Numbered from the stretch's first letter, positions 6,045-16,049 are shown. The stretch: 64,000 nucleotides of DNA from a virus (IMGVR_UViG_3300037842_000377:1-64000); one strand, 5' to 3'. The notes: generated by a model from the sequence alone, not told the origin. Translations and numbers: made by a program.

Positions 6045-6591
6045 TGAGATCCCGAAGTACAACCAAAGCGGCGACCCTGACGACTGGCATCGCTTCTTCA
6101 TTGGTATGTGTGTCTATGTGTCTCAGAAGTCCAAAGACCGTAGTACCAAGCTGGGAGCGGTTATTGTTGACGACGACCACGATATCCTCTCCGTGGGATG
6201 GAACGGGTTTCCAAGAGGTGTTGACGACAACAACGCAGAGTTACACAAACGGCCCACAAAATATGCGGTTACGCAGCACGCAGAACGTAACGCTATCTAC
6301 AATGCTGGTCGGAAGGGCGTATCTCTAAAAGGTGCCACGTTGTATTTGCCCTTCTACCCCACTCCATGCACAGGATGCACCACGGCTATCCTTCAAACCG
6401 GCATTAAACGCATTGTGGGTACGCCCTTCAAATTTACTGGAAAAGGTAAACAGTGGGATGAAGACTTAGCGTTTGCACAAACGTTGATTGAGACCACGCT
6501 CCAACGCGGCTCTGACCTCAGGGTTATCAAGCAGTATATTGTTGATGTGGGTGAAAATCTGGACATTCGTAATTTCTATGGAGTCAAATAA
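6031..6591 (+). CDS. dCMP deaminase family protein
   Basis: SKDRSTKLGAVIV, GWNGFPRG, HAERNAI, PCTGC zinc motifs. Confidence 0.92.
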   Translation: MRIYDEIPKYNQSGDPDDWHRFFIGMCVYVSQKSKDRSTKLGAVIVDDDHDILSVGWNGFPRGVDDNNAELHKRPTKYAVTQHAERNAIYNAGRKGVSLKGATLYLPFYPTPCTGCTTAILQTGIKRIVGTPFKFTGKGKQWDEDLAFAQTLIETTLQRGSDLRVIKQYIVDVGENLDIRNFYGVK

Positions 6592-7655
6592 TGGAATTAA
6601 ACCTAACGGCCCCGATCAACACCCTAGGCTATGGCGTAGCCGGGATGAATGTCCTCAAGGCACTCTGGAATCGTGGCGTAGAGGTATCACTATTCCCAAT
6701 ATCTGGCCCGGATAGCATTAGCGTTTCTTGTCAAGAAGACCATACAATAGTACAGAGATCTCTTGACCTAGCCAAAAACGGGTACAACCCAGAAGCCGCC
6801 TCAGTGCGTCTGTGGCATCAGTTTGACCTAGCCCAACACGTTGGTCGCGGAAAGCATATAGGGTTCCCTATCTTCGAGCTAGACACCTTCACGAAGCAGG
6901 AAATACACCAGCTACGGTCTTGTGATGAACTGATGGTATGCTCAGAGTGGGCTAAGGGTGTTATTCAGGATCATGGACTGGGTAATACAATCCACGTAGT
7001 GCCCCTAGGTGTAGACTCATCTGTATTCCTGCCTGCCAACCGAGTCCCTAAGGATAAGACGGTTTTCTTCAACTGTGGCAAATGGGAAGTGCGTAAGGGA
7101 CATGATATCCTCATTCAAGCCTTCAGGCTGGCCTATGAGAAGAATCCCAACATCGCACTGTGGATGATGTGCCACAACCCCTTTAACGACCCCGCAGAGA
7201 ATAGGAAGTGGGAACATCTGTACGATCACCCCGGAGTTGAACTTATTCCGAGGGCTGAGACACAGGAAGGCGTGTATAATATGATGGCCCGAGCGGACTG
7301 CGGCATCTTCCCCTCTCGTGGAGAGGGTTGGAATCTAGAACTCTTAGAGATGATGTCGGTAGGTAGACATGTAATTGCTACCAACTACTCTGCTCATACG
7401 GAGTTTTGTAACGCTGATAACTGTACGGCAATAAACGTCGATGATACTGAGTTGGCATATGACAACAAATGGTTCTTTGGACAAGGGAAATGGGCAAAAA
7501 TCAATGAAAATACTATCCGCGATCTTTCGGACGCTATGCTGGCCTTTGCGGCTACTGACACCAAAACCGTCTCAGAAGAAGGAATCACTACCGCCAGCGA
7601 ATTCACATGGAGAAACACAGCAGACAAAATCGTCGAGGGATGCCTCTGGAGCTAA
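6591..7655 (+). CDS. glycosyltransferase family 4
   Basis: GYG motif, GKWEVRKGHD, PSRGEGWNLELLE. Confidence 0.88.
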   Translation: MELNLTAPINTLGYGVAGMNVLKALWNRGVEVSLFPISGPDSISVSCQEDHTIVQRSLDLAKNGYNPEAASVRLWHQFDLAQHVGRGKHIGFPIFELDTFTKQEIHQLRSCDELMVCSEWAKGVIQDHGLGNTIHVVPLGVDSSVFLPANRVPKDKTVFFNCGKWEVRKGHDILIQAFRLAYEKNPNIALWMMCHNPFNDPAENRKWEHLYDHPGVELIPRAETQEGVYNMMARADCGIFPSRGEGWNLELLEMMSVGRHVIATNYSAHTEFCNADNCTAINVDDTELAYDNKWFFGQGKWAKINENTIRDLSDAMLAFAATDTKTVSEEGITTASEFTWRNTADKIVEGCLWS

Positions 7656-7992
7656 GGGTCGCCCTGCGTGCGTCTGCTACAGCGTTGACGAAGACGGTGA
7701 GATTGTCATAGACGTGGGAATGGATGACTATTCTCCGGAAACCATAAAGAAGTTCGCCCTGTTAATCGCTTCTATTCCAACGACGGCTTTTCAGGTCCAA
7801 TCTATGCAGATCCTGCAAACGGCGTTCGAAAGAGACTCAAAATCGGATGAATTCAGTACATTTGTCAAATCAGTTATACTTAAATCGACTATCCTTGAGG
7901 ATGGCGATCAATACATACGAGGAGAAGAGGAAGGCTTAACAAAAAGGAAATCTGGAGATACTCCAGTAATTAAACCTACAGACCTTTTTTAA
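7504..7992 (+). CDS. hypothetical protein (start uncertain)
   Basis: Open frame 7441-7992 overlapping the GT 3' end. Confidence 0.55.
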   Translation: MKILSAIFRTLCWPLRLLTPKPSQKKESLPPANSHGETQQTKSSRDASGAKGRPACVCYSVDEDGEIVIDVGMDDYSPETIKKFALLIASIPTTAFQVQSMQILQTAFERDSKSDEFSTFVKSVILKSTILEDGDQYIRGEEEGLTKRKSGDTPVIKPTDLF

Positions 7993-8002
7993 GGGCACTA
8001 CC

Positions 8003-8446
8003 ATGAAAACAAATAACAAAGTGGGTTGGCAAAAATACGAAGATTTACTACAAAGTCAGCTTGAGTCTCCATTGTTAGACATGTTGCACAAACAAGCGGG
8101 AGAGGCCGAAGACTTTGAAGAAGAAGACGTGCCTTATCAAGATGAACAAGATAGGAAAGAGGGCCAAATGCTCATTCCTATTAACGAGCGGCTAATGGAG
8201 AATATCTCTATAGCATCAAATTTTAACTGTTGGATGGGACACACCAACTTCAACATAACGGAGGAAATAAGGGACACACTGAGCGAAACTAGCGGCGTGG
8301 AAGTTTTAAAAATCTGTAGTAGATATAGGTTTTTTGTTGGGATTGGAAGAATGTTCGACTTCAGTGAAGTTAGAGCGGAGATTGAAGAAACTATTACAAG
8401 TAAAGGAAAAACACATGAAAAAGAAAATCCAGAAGTACCTGAATGA
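8003..8446 (+). CDS. hypothetical protein
   Basis: ORF; FNCWMGHTNFNIT..GVEVLK..SRYRFFVGIG. Confidence 0.75.
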   Translation: MKTNNKVGWQKYEDLLQSQLESPLLDMLHKQAGEAEDFEEEDVPYQDEQDRKEGQMLIPINERLMENISIASNFNCWMGHTNFNITEEIRDTLSETSGVEVLKICSRYRFFVGIGRMFDFSEVRAEIEETITSKGKTHEKENPEVPE

Positions 8447-8888
8447 TGAAGACGTAATGAACATCGCATACAGTGCGGCGTCATCTTTTGCTACGGTTTT
8501 GTCACAGGATGAGATCCAAAGTTGTATTTTAAACGCACTATGGAGAGCGTCAGAACGGTACAATAAGCGTAATGGGACCAAATTCACTTCCTATCTACAC
8601 ACGGGTGTGGTGTACGAGTGTCTCAGTCAAAGAAAGTTCAATAAATCCCAAAAAACCGCTGTTCTTCATGAAAACGTTGAAGATAAACACGATCCGGTCG
8701 CTCAAATTGACATGTTGGACACTATTTCGGCAAAATGTGAAGATCCGTCACTTATAGTGGATAGGTTCTATAACAACATGACGATCAAGGAATTAGCGGA
8801 AGATAGGCAAGTTTGTGGCGAGACTATTCGTGTTAGACTTCAGAAAAATCTGGAAAAACTGAAAGTTTCGCTTTTAAAAAGTGTATAA
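8415..8888 (+). CDS. phage sigma70-family sigma factor
   Basis: Region 2 (DEIQSCILNALWRASERYN...KFTSYL) and region 4 HTH (MTIKELAEDRQVCGETIRVR); AAGGA RBS. Confidence 0.82.
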   Translation: MKKKIQKYLNDEDVMNIAYSAASSFATVLSQDEIQSCILNALWRASERYNKRNGTKFTSYLHTGVVYECLSQRKFNKSQKTAVLHENVEDKHDPVAQIDMLDTISAKCEDPSLIVDRFYNNMTIKELAEDRQVCGETIRVRLQKNLEKLKVSLLKSV

Positions 8889-8889
8889 T
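8881..8889 (+). promoter_or_regulatory. putative phage late-promoter motif GTGTATAAT
   Basis: Same motif on the - strand at 62280-62288; both precede virion-type genes and lack a TTGACA -35. Confidence 0.45.
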
Positions 8890-8963
8890 ATCACAGGAAT
8901 TGGAATTACAGTCGGACACGGACAAATCTAAAACTTTTCATTTTTACTTACAGGAGATTTAAT

Positions 8964-9626
8964 GTGGCTACTGTAGCTCCAAGTGGTGCTGGCGACCAGC
9001 CAGCCGTTGAAAATCGTGATGGTGGAACTGTTGTACACGGTGGAACTCCCGCCTCAGACAGTCCTATTAACAACAACCTTATTCTTTCCACACTGGCTGA
9101 CGACGTAGGTCAAAGCTATGGTTCTAAGGTAATTGCACAAGATGGTACAGGATCTCAATATACTGACAAAGTTGGTATTTCTGGTGCTGTTCCCGGTGCT
9201 ATAACAGAAGGTACTACTCAGCTTGGTTATCAGGCTAATGGCACTGAGTGGGTTGTTCAAGGTGGTAATGTAACAACTACCTTGGGTGGTGTAGCTAACA
9301 CACTACTAATTGGTGGTGCTGCTGATGTTCATGGTGCTGACCCTCTTAGAGGATCAACTACGCAGTCTTCAGGTACTCATCTGTACGGAACGGTCGATAT
9401 TGACGTTCTGGCAGCACCTGCGTCTGGTTACAACTCGTTTGTAACTAAGAGCGGTAATACTGGTGTTGCTTCTGACTTTGTTCGTCCAAGCGGTGCTGGA
9501 GATGAGGCTTCTGCCGACGCTGCCGCAAACACAACTCGTGCTATTCCGGGTGAGTTGACGTATATGTTTGGTGGCAAAAATCCTCAGAGTGACGACTACA
9601 AAGCACAAGACTCTTATGAATCTTAA
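8964..9626 (+). CDS. probable virion structural protein (Gly/Thr/Ala-rich)
   Basis: AGGAG RBS, GTG start; composition typical of decoration/structural proteins. Confidence 0.6.
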   Translation: MATVAPSGAGDQPAVENRDGGTVVHGGTPASDSPINNNLILSTLADDVGQSYGSKVIAQDGTGSQYTDKVGISGAVPGAITEGTTQLGYQANGTEWVVQGGNVTTTLGGVANTLLIGGAADVHGADPLRGSTTQSSGTHLYGTVDIDVLAAPASGYNSFVTKSGNTGVASDFVRPSGAGDEASADAAANTTRAIPGELTYMFGGKNPQSDDYKAQDSYES

Positions 9627-9650
9627 GATGGCTCGTTCGTAGGAGTCATT

Positions 9651-10229
9651 ATGAATGTCACCATAGATGAAATTGTAGCCATCGCATCTCTGGTGGGTGC
9701 GATTGGCTCTGCTATTATTTTTCTGTGGCGTTTCTTCAAAGTTACTCGTGTTTGGTTTAAAGACCAGAAAGAAATCAAGAATAGTATCTTAGAAATCAAA
9801 TCCGAAGTCAGTTACAACGGAGGTGGTTCTATTAAAGATATGGTATTGAAACTTTCCAACACCTGTGATCGCATGGAAGTACGCCAAACAGTTATTGATC
9901 AACGTTCGAAGATAGCGTTGCATTATCAGGATATGTGTCTCTTTGAGACTGATAGGGAAGGAAATCTAATCTGGGCTAATGAAAATTTCTACCAACAAAC
10001 TGTTGGTCAGGGCGACATTAGCGGTGGATTAGACTGGGTTACGGTTATAGACGACGAAGAAAGAGGGAATTTCTTAGACGAACTTAATTCCTGCTTAATG
10101 ATGAGCAGAAGAATTGACATCGAAACCGTATCTGTAGATAAAAGGAAACTTCGCTTCATTGGACACCCTTATCGATTAGATGATGGTCAACATGAAGGAT
10201 TTCTAATTCACATCAAGATACAGGAGTAA
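9651..10229 (+). CDS. membrane-anchored PAS-domain protein
   Basis: N-terminal TM, then LFETDREGNLIWANENF...GLDWVTVIDDEER PAS pattern. Confidence 0.72.
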   Translation: MNVTIDEIVAIASLVGAIGSAIIFLWRFFKVTRVWFKDQKEIKNSILEIKSEVSYNGGGSIKDMVLKLSNTCDRMEVRQTVIDQRSKIALHYQDMCLFETDREGNLIWANENFYQQTVGQGDISGGLDWVTVIDDEERGNFLDELNSCLMMSRRIDIETVSVDKRKLRFIGHPYRLDDGQHEGFLIHIKIQE

Positions 10230-10232
10230 CAA

Positions 10233-10448
10233 ATGGGATCTAAGAAGTTCAAACTTAATATTTCCGACCTAAGTAATTTGGGTAAAAACGCACTACTTGT
10301 TGGCGGTGCTGCCGCTGTAACTTACGTAATGCAAAACCTTGGTGAACTAGACTTGGGCGATATGGGTGCTCTTGTAGTACCTATCATTGCTCTAGCTCTT
10401 GACACCGTTGTTAAGTGGATGAAAAATAACACTGACGACAAGGAGTAG
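10233..10448 (+). CDS. small two-TM membrane protein, holin-like
   Basis: Two hydrophobic segments and a charged C-terminus. Confidence 0.55.
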   Translation: MGSKKFKLNISDLSNLGKNALLVGGAAAVTYVMQNLGELDLGDMGALVVPIIALALDTVVKWMKNNTDDKE

Positions 10449-10450
10449 TC

Positions 10451-11377
10451 ATGAGGGAGTTTGATACACCACGCTCTCTCTTAAACGCTTATCGTGATGG
10501 TTTTGAGGGGAGCGTATGTGACCCTAAAGAGACTGCAGAGCTACTTGGTAAGTTAAAGACTCCCTTATTTGGTGCAGCAGCTTTCGGGTTGTATGGCTCA
10601 GGGGAGGGGAAACTTTCCCTTCCCTTTAAGTCATTACTTAGATTTGACCCTAACTTCGGGCCAGATGAGCAGCAAACAACAGGAGACTGTGTAAGTCACG
10701 CGACGAGAAATGCGTTAGATATCAGTCGTTCTGTTGAAATTGATATCAAAGGCGAGTCAGAATCTTTTGAATGTAGAAGTGCTACAGAAGGTATCTATCA
10801 ATCGCGTAGACATAGTGGGCAGGGTATGACCTGTTCTGGGGCCGCTCAATATGTTCATTCTAAGGGTGGTATCTTACTAAGAAAAGACTATGGAAAAATA
10901 GACCTATCTGTCTATAATTCAAGTCTAGGTGCAAGAAAACGCATCCCAGCGTCTATCTATACGACTGAGGCAAAGAAGCACCAAGTCAAAACGATTAGTA
11001 TGGTTACGACCATTCAGGAGGCACGAGACGCCCTCGCTAACGGGTATGCCCTCTCTGTATGCTCTGGTTACGGTTTTTCTTCTAGGAGAGACGCCAAGGG
11101 CATAGCAAAAAGATCTAGTGGCTGGTCACACGCTATGGCATGGATTGCTTGTGATGACACGAACGACAGGTTCAATGAAACACTATTCCTTGTACAAAAC
11201 AGTTGGGGTCGATGGAATTCCGGTCCTAAGGTGCATGGACAGCCTGATGGTAGCTTCTGGATTCGCGAAAAGGACGCGAGAGGAATGCTGGCTAGTCAGG
11301 GGTCTTGGGTCTTCAGTAACGTAGACGGTTTCCCTGCTAGGGATTTACTAGACTACGGCACTTCAACATATTTGTAG
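10451..11377 (+). CDS. papain-like (C1) cysteine peptidase
   Basis: QQTTGDCVSHA, HAMA, QNSWG and GSFWI catalytic motifs. Confidence 0.85.
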   Translation: MREFDTPRSLLNAYRDGFEGSVCDPKETAELLGKLKTPLFGAAAFGLYGSGEGKLSLPFKSLLRFDPNFGPDEQQTTGDCVSHATRNALDISRSVEIDIKGESESFECRSATEGIYQSRRHSGQGMTCSGAAQYVHSKGGILLRKDYGKIDLSVYNSSLGARKRIPASIYTTEAKKHQVKTISMVTTIQEARDALANGYALSVCSGYGFSSRRDAKGIAKRSSGWSHAMAWIACDDTNDRFNETLFLVQNSWGRWNSGPKVHGQPDGSFWIREKDARGMLASQGSWVFSNVDGFPARDLLDYGTSTYL

Positions 11378-11385
11378 GGTATAAA

Positions 11386-12075
11386 ATGAGAAACTTACTT
11401 TTTGCTACATTATTAGTATTTACTTCATCCTCATCAGGATCATGGGTTTATAGACCATACGTGGTAGTAAACTTAGCTAAAGCTATCATGACCTCGGGAG
11501 ATTCTCCAGAAGCCCCAGTAAACGACCTTTGTGATGGAACTGGATGGATCACTCATGGTGACGGTCACAAGACGGAGTGCCCCGGTTGTCTAGCTTGTAA
11601 GAATAAAGCCCCGGAACCCATCGTAAAAAAGTGCCAGTGCGGTTGCAAGAAGTCAAATTGCAACTGCATCAAGGGTCAAAAAGCCGCACGGTGTACACAG
11701 CAAAACGTTCAAAACGCCCAAACAAACGGACGGTTCGGAGGAGTTGCCCTACTAGACGCGGCTGACCGAAATAACATTATGGTTTACCATATGGGTGCCA
11801 GTTGGTGCCAACCGTGTAGAGATATGAAAAAGAAAACGTGGGCAAATTCAGAATTGAAGAAATTTATGCTTGACAACGGCATAACACTTCATATAATAGA
11901 TGAAGATGATGAGGATAAGGACAACTCAAAATACTTCAAGTACTATAAGATTGGTGCTTACCCAACTATGTTAGTTGTGGGTCGCGACGACCTGAATAAC
12001 CCAGTTAAAAGGGTTGAGGGTTTTCGGACACACCAAGAAGTACTTTCCATCTTAAAGGCTGAAATTGATGAATGA
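11386..12075 (+). CDS. exported thioredoxin-fold protein with Cys-rich linker
   Basis: Signal peptide, CDGTG..CPGC..CQCGC..CNC, active site WCQPC, YPT motif. Confidence 0.82.
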   Translation: MRNLLFATLLVFTSSSSGSWVYRPYVVVNLAKAIMTSGDSPEAPVNDLCDGTGWITHGDGHKTECPGCLACKNKAPEPIVKKCQCGCKKSNCNCIKGQKAARCTQQNVQNAQTNGRFGGVALLDAADRNNIMVYHMGASWCQPCRDMKKKTWANSELKKFMLDNGITLHIIDEDDEDKDNSKYFKYYKIGAYPTMLVVGRDDLNNPVKRVEGFRTHQEVLSILKAEIDE

Positions 12076-12418
12076 CAACAAGTTGACTGAATTGGCGGAG
12101 CGGGTACAAGTTTATGCTCAGGCTGAAAACAAGAAATTTGGCATTGATCCACTGACGCTGCTAACGATCTTCAAGATCATGATGACCCTCATTAATTTGC
12201 TCTACCGATGCAGAGGAAGCGAAGAGTCTGTTAAGGGTTCCATTAAACGACCGGGATTCATGGCACGTTTTGTCATGCGTAGAGTTATCGCTAAGAGATT
12301 ACTACGTAGCGAACGGAAGGCTGCTTACAATGCTCTAATCACTGTCTCCGGTCAACTATCAGAGAAAGAATTGAGCGAAGTTATTAGCTCACACAAATCA
12401 TTTAAGAAAAACCTATAG
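12068..12418 (+). CDS. hypothetical membrane protein
   Basis: FGIDPLTLLTIFKIMMTLINLL hydrophobic segment. Confidence 0.7.
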   Translation: MNDNKLTELAERVQVYAQAENKKFGIDPLTLLTIFKIMMTLINLLYRCRGSEESVKGSIKRPGFMARFVMRRVIAKRLLRSERKAAYNALITVSGQLSEKELSEVISSHKSFKKNL

Positions 12419-12431
12419 GAGGGACAGTGTA

Positions 12432-12782
12432 GTGACGACATTTCAGATGATCATAGTTGGTCTAGGAGTACTACTGGGTGGTAGTACATTTTGGGGGCAG
12501 ATTAGGGGTATCTTGCCTAAAATCTTAAAGCAGGTCAAGGACGCGAAAAAAGAAGACGATATTGTTCCTACGTCGGAAAAGAATGACCATCCAGAGGTGT
12601 GCTCTAAAGATTCACTATGCACTGTAGTGTCATGCTGGGAGGATCTCAGAAACCAACTTGTTAATCGCGGGTTGACGGAAGCTATCTCTGAGTTGGATAA
12701 GATCTTCCCACTATTTGTTGTCATGGATGAACCAGTGCAAAGTGCGGAGTTTGTCGATCAAGACGGGGGACAGGTGGCATGA
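12432..12782 (+). CDS. hypothetical membrane protein
   Basis: N-terminal TM, GGAGG RBS. Confidence 0.7.
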   Translation: MTTFQMIIVGLGVLLGGSTFWGQIRGILPKILKQVKDAKKEDDIVPTSEKNDHPEVCSKDSLCTVVSCWEDLRNQLVNRGLTEAISELDKIFPLFVVMDEPVQSAEFVDQDGGQVA

Positions 12783-13255
12783 ACAAAAAAACAAGACTTA
12801 TCGCCGCCTTCATTTTAGTACTTACAGGTCTCTTTGGGGAACAATCAGTTCAGTGGGTAAAGGATAACGTAGACTTTACCCCAAACACGCCAGATGTAGT
12901 TGTCGTAGACGAACCGTCTGATTCATACCAGAAGATGGTTAAAAACGTTGTAGATATTGACATTAGCAAAGAGCATTCATCTGTACTCGGACCCTTCTTC
13001 GCTGAGATGGCAAGTGTTATTGAGACTGACCCCGGCTTCTTAAAGAGCACTGGTCAGTTCCGTGAATTCAACATCATGGCTGGTGCGATGAACTTTGCTG
13101 GTCAAGATATCAAGGGCATCTACCCAGATCTAGGTGAAGCTATCGATAAAGCAGTGATTTCTGCTATCGGTAAAGAAAATGTACCATTAGATGGTGACCG
13201 TCGTGAACGACTTGTGAAGATCCTAACCGCTATTTCGTGGGGTACAAGTCAATGA
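12779..13255 (+). CDS. hypothetical membrane-anchored protein
   Basis: N-terminal TM; ATGA overlap. Confidence 0.72.
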   Translation: MNKKTRLIAAFILVLTGLFGEQSVQWVKDNVDFTPNTPDVVVVDEPSDSYQKMVKNVVDIDISKEHSSVLGPFFAEMASVIETDPGFLKSTGQFREFNIMAGAMNFAGQDIKGIYPDLGEAIDKAVISAIGKENVPLDGDRRERLVKILTAISWGTSQ

Positions 13256-13443
13256 CAATAACAGGTCGCCTTGTTGACACAGTCCTTGAACATCTAGGTG
13301 TAACAAAAGAACAAGTCGAAAGGGTTAAAACCATCATTGATATGGTTGAGTTTAAAGTGGAAGACGGCAAGAAGATTGCCACCATACAGCTTGGAGAGGG
13401 AATCGAAGTGACAATTGTCCAGCCTGACAAACCTCTCGACTAA
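13252..13443 (+). CDS. hypothetical protein
   Basis: ATGA overlap with upstream gene. Confidence 0.62.
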   Translation: MTITGRLVDTVLEHLGVTKEQVERVKTIIDMVEFKVEDGKKIATIQLGEGIEVTIVQPDKPLD

Positions 13444-13462
13444 GAAGTAGATTCAAATTGAT

Positions 13463-13502
13463 AGTCCTCTTGCGGCTTTTATGCGGCGAGGGGACTTTTT
13501 TT
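13463..13502 (+). terminator. intrinsic terminator
   Basis: AGTCCTCT...GAGGGGACT followed by T-run. Confidence 0.75.
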
Positions 13503-13513
13503 GTACTTTCTTA

Positions 13514-13542
13514 TTGACAATACGGGGTCTGCGGGATATAAT
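13514..13542 (+). promoter_or_regulatory. sigma70 promoter for nrd/replication operon
   Basis: TTGACA-17-TATAAT. Confidence 0.82.
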
Positions 13543-13588
13543 AGAGTGATCCTCCCGGATGTGTCGATCTTAACCATAAGGAACCAGT

Positions 13589-15817
13589 ATGCAAGTGAAG
13601 AAGAGAACGGGGGAGAAGGAAGATTTCTCCGTTGAGAAAATCCACAAAGTACTTGAGTGGGCTACGAAAGGAATCAATGGCGTCAGCTTCTCAGACATTG
13701 AGATGAACGCTAACCTATCTCTGTACGATGGGATACCAACAGAGGATATCCACAAAGTCCTCATTAAGAGTGCCAACGATCTTATCTCAAAATCGGCACC
13801 AAACTATCAGTATGTCGCCGCTAGACTACTGAACATGCAGCTACGCAAAGAAGTGTGGGGTAGTGGGAACCAGCCAACTGACTTCTTGGTATTCATACAG
13901 AGAAACGTGGACAACGCTATCTACGACCCGTCTATCCAAGAAAGATGGACTGGAGCAGAAGTAGACGCATTCGGTAAGTACATCAATCACGGTCTCGACG
14001 ATCAATTCACGTACGCTGGCCTACAACAGTTGATTGACAAATATCTCGTTAAGAACCGCAGTACAGGTGAGATCTACGAGACCCCTCAGTTCGCCTATAT
14101 GGCTATCGCTATGTGTTTGTTTGACACTGTAGATGAGGTAAAAAGGGCTTATGATTGCTATTCCACATTCAAGATTAATCTCCCCACCCCAATTATGGCT
14201 GGTGTTCGAACTAATATACGTCAATTCGCTTCCTGCGTGCTGGTTGATATCGATGATAATCTAGATGCCATCTTTGGAAGTCTTCACGCTGTAGGGCGGT
14301 ATACTGCACGTCGTGCTGGGATTGGACTGAACATTGGGCGTATGCGTCCCATCAATTCGCCCATCAGAGGCGGTGAGGTGATCCACACGGGCCTGATCCC
14401 GTACCTAAAGAACTTCGAGTCGTGCGTCAAGTCAACGTCCCAGAACGGGCTACGTGGTGGCTCTGCGACGGTACACCTTCCTTTTTGGCATTATGAGGTT
14501 GAAGACATAATGGTCCTCAAGAATAATGCTGGAACGGACGATAATAGAGTACGTAAGCTAGATTACTCTGTTCAGTTTTGTAAACTGTTCTACGACCGTT
14601 TGATTGAGAATCAGGATATTACCCTGTTCAGCCCTCATGAAGCCAAGGGTTTGTACGAGGCGTTCGGTAACAACGAAGAGTTCGAGAAATTATACGTGAA
14701 GTACGAAAACTCTAGATCTCTCAAGTTTAAGAGGAAGATACCAGCACGTAAGTTAGCTGAGATCTTTGCTAGGGAACGTCTGGAGACTGGACGTGTGTAC
14801 AGCATGAATATCGATACTGCCAACGAACATGGTTCTTGGGATGTGCCAGTGTATATGTCTAACCTGTGTCAGGAGATCATCCAGCCTACAAAACCCATCA
14901 AGGCTATTGATGACCCCGATGGAGAAATTGGTATCTGTATTCTGTCAGCACTAAACCTACTTGAACTCAACAGTGAGAAAGAGGTAGAAGATGCTTGTAC
15001 GATGGCAGTACGAACTCTGGAATCTGTTATTGATTACCAAGATTATCCTGTTCTCGCTGGTGAGAACTTTACTAAAAACAGACGATCTCTTGGTATTGGC
15101 ATAACAAACCTAGCCGGTTTTCTAGCTAAAAACAAACTGAAGTACGGTGAGGAAGCTGCCCTCCAACTTGTTCACGAGTCTATGGAGCAGATCCAGTGGA
15201 ATCTCCTAAACGCAAGTTGTGAGTTGGCTAGGGAAAAGGGGCCGTGTGAGAAGTTCCAAGACACTAAGTATGCTCGGGGACTACTACCTATTGACTGGTA
15301 CAAGAAGACCGTAGACCAGTTGGTTGAGCCAGTCTACAACATGGATTGGGAGGGTCTTAGGGAGAGAATCGCTAAGTGGGGTCTTAGGCACTCAACTATG
15401 TCTGCCATTATGCCCTGTGAGTCGTCCAGCGTCATCCAGAACAGCACGAACGGCCTTGAGCCAGTACGTAGTCTATTGATCCACAAAAAGGCCAAGAACG
15501 GCATTCTGAAACAACTGGTGCCAAACTACCATATGCGTAAGAATTTCTATACTATGGCTTGGGAAATGGAAGACAACAAGGGTGTCATAGATACCGCCGC
15601 TGTTATCCAGAAGTTTACTGATATGAGTATGAGTACAAATCTGTACTACAACTACGGTCAGTACGCAGATGGGAACATTCCACTGAGCGTAATTATTAAG
15701 GATCAGCTTTATGGTTACAAGATGGGGTTGAAGAACTTTTACTACGCCAACACGCCTGACGGCGATGGTGACACCGAGAAGGAGATAAACTGTGAATCGG
15801 GAGCATGTGCGATATGA
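13589..15817 (+). CDS. nrdA: class Ia ribonucleotide reductase alpha subunit
   Basis: ATP cone VKKRTG, ETPQF, PTPIMAG..QFASCVL, SNLCQEI, C-terminal CESGAC. Confidence 0.97.
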   Translation: MQVKKRTGEKEDFSVEKIHKVLEWATKGINGVSFSDIEMNANLSLYDGIPTEDIHKVLIKSANDLISKSAPNYQYVAARLLNMQLRKEVWGSGNQPTDFLVFIQRNVDNAIYDPSIQERWTGAEVDAFGKYINHGLDDQFTYAGLQQLIDKYLVKNRSTGEIYETPQFAYMAIAMCLFDTVDEVKRAYDCYSTFKINLPTPIMAGVRTNIRQFASCVLVDIDDNLDAIFGSLHAVGRYTARRAGIGLNIGRMRPINSPIRGGEVIHTGLIPYLKNFESCVKSTSQNGLRGGSATVHLPFWHYEVEDIMVLKNNAGTDDNRVRKLDYSVQFCKLFYDRLIENQDITLFSPHEAKGLYEAFGNNEEFEKLYVKYENSRSLKFKRKIPARKLAEIFARERLETGRVYSMNIDTANEHGSWDVPVYMSNLCQEIIQPTKPIKAIDDPDGEIGICILSALNLLELNSEKEVEDACTMAVRTLESVIDYQDYPVLAGENFTKNRRSLGIGITNLAGFLAKNKLKYGEEAALQLVHESMEQIQWNLLNASCELAREKGPCEKFQDTKYARGLLPIDWYKKTVDQLVEPVYNMDWEGLRERIAKWGLRHSTMSAIMPCESSSVIQNSTNGLEPVRSLLIHKKAKNGILKQLVPNYHMRKNFYTMAWEMEDNKGVIDTAAVIQKFTDMSMSTNLYYNYGQYADGNIPLSVIIKDQLYGYKMGLKNFYYANTPDGDGDTEKEINCESGACAI

Positions 15818-15996
15818 GAGATATATATTCTAAACTGTTAATATTAGTACAGGACGTTTCTATTGAGCATCCATCAGGAGGTAAGGTTGTCTTAGAGAAC
15901 GACCCAATAAGTTTTGCCTTCTTATTTTGTGCCACTGCGGTAGCGTTGACTTACCTTGTTTTTAAGATTAAGAAACTCAAAGACAAAGAAGATTGA
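15814..15996 (+). CDS. small membrane protein
   Basis: ATGA overlap; C-terminal TM. Confidence 0.55.
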   Translation: MRDIYSKLLILVQDVSIEHPSGGKVVLENDPISFAFLFCATAVALTYLVFKIKKLKDKED

Positions 15997-16049
15997 AGTT
16001 GCCGTCATGACATTACAACAGCTTAAAGAATTACGAGAGGTAAATAAAA

